Part shown: positions 59,819 through 64,000 of the stretch, one piece after another
Position numbering within the stretch: position 1 is the stretch's first letter
How the letters are laid out: the number at the start of each line of letters is the position of its first letter
IMG/VR virus record: IMGVR_UViG_3300009081_000001
Coordinates: 1 to 64,000 of that record
Length of the DNA stretch: 64,000 nucleotides
DNA from: a virus
Direction: 5' to 3' (one strand)
Position numbers and translations under genes: made by a program
The notes under the pieces: model-generated
Seen by the model: only the letters and a program-made list of their open reading frames with translations
Told to the model about the DNA's origin: nothing
Database searches by the model: none

Positions 59819-61237
59819 ATGAGAGCGGGAATCATGGCGAGGGTGAGCACCGAGGAGCAGCTTGCGGGCTATTCTATCGGCGCTCAGGTAGATGCAATGC
59901 TCAAGTTCTGCGAGGAACAGGGCTGGCAGGTCATGGAAAGGTACATCGAAGAGGGTGTATCTGGCACAACGTCTAACCGGCCCGAGCTACAGAGAGCTTT
60001 GCGCGATGCAGAAGCGGGGAAACTAGATGTGCTGCTTACCCACCAGCTTGACCGCTTTTACCGAAACCTGCGCCTACAGATCGAGACGCTTGGTAAGCTA
60101 GGAGAGATGGGAGTTGGGTATCTATCTATCACCGAGAGGATTGACTACTCAACTCCCACCGGTATGCTATTCATGCAGATGTTGGGCGCGTTCAACGAGT
60201 ACTATTCCAGCAATCTGGCACGCGAGGTTAGGAAGGGCAAGCAGGGTAGAGCAGAGAGTGGTTTGACCAATGCAACGTTCTTGCCCCACGGTTACAAGAG
60301 GGTAGAGAAGGAAGCCGTCATAGAACCAGTAAGGGCAGAGACAATCCATTACATCTTCAAGCTATATGCAACAGGGCTTTACTCCTATCGGGCAATTGCA
60401 GATAGGCTCAATGCAGAAGGACACCCCGCAAGCAGTAGGAGTAAGGGAAAGTGGATCTGGCAAGCAGTGAGGGGTATCATTGAGAATCCCTACTACATCG
60501 GTCTTATCAGGCACAACGAAAAGATGTATCAGGGCAAGCACGAACCTATCATCGAGCGCAAGTTGTGGGATATGGCGCAACGAGTGAGGGAACAACGTGC
60601 AACATCGTACACTCATTCGAGGACAAAGGAAACTTTCATCTTGCGCGGCACCGGCCACTGTCTTGCCTGTGGTAGTAGGCTGTATGCAGAGAGTCATGGG
60701 AAGAATAGGTACTACCGTTGCAGTGGAAACCAAAAGGGGGTAAGTTGCACAGTTCCATTTGCAAGGGTGGAAAAGGTAGATGCAAGTTTGGCAGAGCTTG
60801 TATCTCACGCGCAACTACCAGGAAACTGGCGTGAAGAGATTGCAAGAGCTATGCAAGGGCCAGTTTCCAACGATGGCAACAAGCGCAAGTACTTGCAAGA
60901 GAAGTTGCGCCGGTTGCGTGAGCTGTACCTTGAGGATGACTTTACCAAGGAGGAGTACAATCAAAGGAAACGTGAATTGGAAAGTGAGATTGCAAGGCTA
61001 CAACCACCAGGGAAACCAGACGACATTGACGCCGAGTTGATTGCAAACCTGAGTAAACTGTGGGAGGGAGCTGAGTTGCAGCAACGCACCGACCTTGCAA
61101 ACATCCTCTTTCGTAGTGTAGAGGTAGATATGCAAGAGGAAAGGGTAGTTTCCTTTGAGTCGTACCCCGAACATGCAATGTTGTTCCGGCTTATCTTTGA
61201 GGAAAGGGAAGGGAAGTTCTACAATGGACAGGCATAA
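59819..61237 (+). CDS. Large serine recombinase (integrase)
   Basis: ARVST catalytic Ser, DRFYR, recombinase domain, zinc ribbon CLACG..YYRC..C, coiled coil. Confidence 0.95.
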   Translation: MRAGIMARVSTEEQLAGYSIGAQVDAMLKFCEEQGWQVMERYIEEGVSGTTSNRPELQRALRDAEAGKLDVLLTHQLDRFYRNLRLQIETLGKLGEMGVGYLSITERIDYSTPTGMLFMQMLGAFNEYYSSNLAREVRKGKQGRAESGLTNATFLPHGYKRVEKEAVIEPVRAETIHYIFKLYATGLYSYRAIADRLNAEGHPASSRSKGKWIWQAVRGIIENPYYIGLIRHNEKMYQGKHEPIIERKLWDMAQRVREQRATSYTHSRTKETFILRGTGHCLACGSRLYAESHGKNRYYRCSGNQKGVSCTVPFARVEKVDASLAELVSHAQLPGNWREEIARAMQGPVSNDGNKRKYLQEKLRRLRELYLEDDFTKEEYNQRKRELESEIARLQPPGKPDDIDAELIANLSKLWEGAELQQRTDLANILFRSVEVDMQEERVVSFESYPEHAMLFRLIFEEREGKFYNGQA

Positions 61238-61345
61238 GATGTTGATTGAGAAACTTGCAGAGATTGCACGAGACATTCAACGGCGGAAGAAACAGCTTTC
61301 GGAAAGCAAAAGGTAGAGTGAAATAAGGGTTTCCCCTTACGAAAA

Positions 61346-61391
61346 GAACAAAGGTTCAGGTATTGACATTGGAAACAAGGTGTGATAGAAT
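61346..61391 (+). promoter_or_regulatory. Promoter with perfect SOS-like box
   Basis: GAAC-AAAG-GTTC, 5 bp, TTGACA-17-TAGAAT. Confidence 0.8.
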
Positions 61392-62215
61392 GAGCGTGTT
61401 GGGTGAATCCAACACAGGGAGGGAATGAAAATGACTTGGGCAGAAGAGTTCCGCAAGAAGCTCCACGACGAAGAGGAAGCCAAGATTGCCAGGGTAACGG
61501 CGGCTGGCTTTCGAATCACCAGGGTCACAGAGGAAGAGTTTGAGGATGGTATCGGCGCTTGCGTCGGTGTCAATGCCCAAAAGGGCTATGTATTCTACAC
61601 CCTGAATCAAGCCCTGCAAGAGATTGGCGAGTAGTATTTCCGTCGGAAATGGAGGAGGGAGAAGTGAGCGGAGCAAAGGGTATCCAGATTTGTGAGCGAT
61701 GTGGGAAAGAGATCCGATCCGGTCGGGAAGTGTGGCTTGAGTACAACAACGGGAACGATACCTACCACAAGCCCGGCGACGTACCAGAGGAAAAGAGCTT
61801 GGGCATCTACGTGTTCGGTGCCGACTGTGCCAGGGCCATCTTGAGAAACGGCGGCAGGAAATGAAAATCGCGCAAGTAGAGGTTTGGGTCGTGTCGGTCG
61901 TTTGCCCGGAGTGCGGTGAAGAGGTTTCTGATCCGAAGTGTGGATCTCTCCAGTGGGTTGTGTATGAAATCGAGGGGCGTGTTCAGGTGTGCAACGTTTG
62001 TGGTAAGGAATTTAAGTTGCCCCTCTCAGTCAAGGGAGTTCTTGCGCGGAGCAACCCATGAATCCAGTCAAGGTAGGCCAGTACGTTGAGGTAACGACAG
62101 GGGCACGGCAAGGGGAGAGGGGCACCGTGGTAGGTGTGACCAAGCTCTTTGCCAGGGTGTACATCAACGGCAAGCGGGCCATTGTAGGACTCAAGGACTT
62201 GAAGGTTATCAAGTA

Positions 62216-62401
62216 ATGGACCGTCCCTTAACGGCAGGCGAAGCAGCGAAGAAGCTAGGCTACCACGTCGAGCACCTATACCGTCTCTTGAAGAAGGGCA
62301 AGGTACTCGGTGAGAAGGTAGGGCGGCAGTGGTTCATAGCACCCGAAGAGGTTCAGAGGGTGCTGTTAGAGAAGGAGATGTGGGGAGGGAAGTTGCCATG
62401 A
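62216..62401 (+). CDS. Excisionase-like HTH DNA-binding protein
   Basis: LTAGEAAKKLGYHVEHLYRLLKKGKV.G.KVGRQWFI. Confidence 0.8.
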   Translation: MDRPLTAGEAAKKLGYHVEHLYRLLKKGKVLGEKVGRQWFIAPEEVQRVLLEKEMWGGKLP

Positions 62402-62979
62402 GTTTTGCGGGGCTGTTACTTGCTCTAGCAGGGAGCATTATCACATTCTTTGGCCTGTTGTTAATCCCGATTTCTGCTGCCAGTTTTGCAGAATCAGGAT
62501 GGGGCGGTATAGCAGTAGGCGTGGGCCTCTCTGTCTGCGGTGTCGTCTGTCTATTGTTCGGAATTGGCCTGTTGAACATGACACAGGAAGGGTAGGGCTC
62601 TTTTTTATGGCTATCAGGGTTGGTTCAAGCCAACATAATGTAGTCACTGTAGAGCAGGGCACCTATGAGGGACTAGACTACCTTATCCGCTTGGGGATGC
62701 AGTTTGACTGGATCTCCCCGACGCTGGCAATCATGCAGGACGTGGCAAATGGTGGCAGTAGGACATTCCTGATTCCGCTCAACTGTGGGTGGACGGGTAG
62801 GGAGATAGACAGGCTGTTGAAGAGGCACGGCATCAAGACGTGGGGGCTCATGGCAATCAGCGACGTGTTTCTCATCAGCGTCCACAAGACGCAGGGCAAA
62901 CAAGCCCTACGGGTGTTGATTCGGGCAGGATTGGGCTAGTCAGGAAGTGGATCGCTTATCAAGATGAAGGGTACACACT

Positions 62980-63675
62980 ATGACTGAACGGTATACCAAA
63001 GTAGGCGCGTGGTTGCACGAGCAAGTCACTCCCTTTCGGGTGTTGTACTTCTCCGTGGCTCTTTACACTCTAAGGCATAGCGCCATAGGCTTTGCAACGA
63101 TAGAGCAGAGAGAGGGTGTAGACCTATGGGCCTGGCTTGCAGCCCTCATCCTCGACATCGGCATGTTGCTGGCAGCGGAGAGGCTGAGGACCACGCGATC
63201 CAACTGGCTCATCCTGGGCCTTGCCCTATCTGCCCTGGGTAGTGCATACACGCAACTCCTATTCGGTGTGACGAACGCTAAGAGTGTAGTGATTGCACCG
63301 GGCGCAACATGGGCAACTACCTTTGCAACATGGATTATCGAGAAGAGAGTAGTGATCCTGCCTGTGCTTATGCCTGTGCTAGTAGTGGTGTATGCCTTTG
63401 CAAGCAAGGCGCGGGCTATCATTTCCGTCGGAAATGAAGAGGGTGAGGAATATACCTGGGTATACATCAAGAAGGAAACTCCTGCACTTTCCGACGGAAA
63501 TGAGGAAACACCGATGTTGCCCGAGGAAACACCCGTACTTTCCAATGGGCACAGCAAGAAGAAACTTGTACAGACACTAAGGAACATGCACCCTACATGG
63601 ACACATAAGCAGCTTGCAGAGAAAGCGGGATGCAGTGTAGGTACAGTGAGCAAGGCAGTAAAGGAGATGGAATGA
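62980..63675 (+). CDS. Multi-pass membrane protein with C-terminal HTH
   Basis: About four hydrophobic segments then WTHKQLAEKAGCSVGTVSKA. Confidence 0.7.
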   Translation: MTERYTKVGAWLHEQVTPFRVLYFSVALYTLRHSAIGFATIEQREGVDLWAWLAALILDIGMLLAAERLRTTRSNWLILGLALSALGSAYTQLLFGVTNAKSVVIAPGATWATTFATWIIEKRVVILPVLMPVLVVVYAFASKARAIISVGNEEGEEYTWVYIKKETPALSDGNEETPMLPEETPVLSNGHSKKKLVQTLRNMHPTWTHKQLAEKAGCSVGTVSKAVKEME

Positions 63676-64000
63676 GTGAGATAGTGATATCCTGGCTGCG
63701 GCAGGACCAACCCGAGGCGCTAGCGATAGTATATGAGTTCGGAAGGCTCTCCACACCGATAGCCATTCTCAAGGAGTCTACCTTGAGAGAAGCACTTGAG
63801 CGGCTGGACCGAGAACGCAAGAATGCCGACCTGGAAGCCTGACCCTGATCCAGATAGGATCTTCAAGTACATCGCAATCGCAATCCCTGTGGTTGCGGTG
63901 CTGGTGGCAGCGATACTGAGGTTGTTACTGCTATGGCAACAATAAAGGTTATCCAAGACGCACCCGAGGACTTGAACAAAGACGGGAAGATCACGCTAGG

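Larger units (their letters stand above)
2197..63501. repeat. Dispersed 15-bp palindrome (A)TTTCCG(A/T)CGGAAA(T), at least 37 copies
   Basis: 15-mers start at 2197,4103,8606,11271,13713,16629,19321,20340,21380,24125,26914,27889,28670,29257,30408,31350,31714,32810,33229,33457,33740,35019,36136,39741,40459,42238,43915,47167,50159,50583,53968,56529,59181,59795,61636,63421,63487; near-match at ~27592. Confidence 0.97.

Noticed and set aside
61238-61345. attP site downstream of the integrase
   Set aside because: Only a short hairpin (TAAGGG..CCCTTA) is visible; serine integrase att sites cannot be called from one sequence
2197-63501. Palindrome as CRISPR repeat, canonical parS, or terminator
   Set aside because: Dispersed rather than arrayed; differs from parS TGTTTCACGTGAAACA; no U-tract and often inside CDSs
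1-64000. tRNA or rRNA genes
   Set aside because: No cloverleaf or rRNA-like segment recognised by eye; a tRNAscan run would be needed to exclude them

Overview
The whole window is a segment of a temperate tailed dsDNA phage or prophage. The host is not determinable; GAAC-N4-GTTC SOS-type boxes would fit Chloroflexota or a Gram-positive lineage. The left arm (1-28.2 kb, minus strand) carries tail chaperone with a -1 frameshift, tail tube, neck genes, a major capsid gene split by two group I introns whose LAGLIDADG endonucleases lie antisense, scaffold, portal, large terminase and a ~9 kb glycan synthesis/methylation/sulfation cluster. The right arm (28.9-64 kb, mostly plus strand) carries many small genes, a WYL protein, SSB, an XRE/RHH switch, a TOPRIM protein, a DNA methyltransferase, a resolvase, a replication initiator with iterons and a nested ORF, DnaB, a Cas4-like nuclease, HNH and a large serine integrase. 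Two signals stand out. (1) An operon at 57.6-59.2 kb: promoter, RAMP/Cas7-like gene, accessory gene, then a 372-nt non-coding array of GGY-NN pentamers punctuated by GGCA tetramers. Its variable dinucleotides read like the first two bases of consecutive codons, and segment 1 spells a ParM/StbA-like G-x-D-x-G-Y-x-x-V-K motif, suggesting a non-CRISPR RNA-guided system with a gapped code. (2) A palindrome ATTTCCG(A/T)CGGAAAT whose 13-bp core occurs at least 37 times across both arms, including about 20 times inside coding sequence. All calls were made by eye without database searches.
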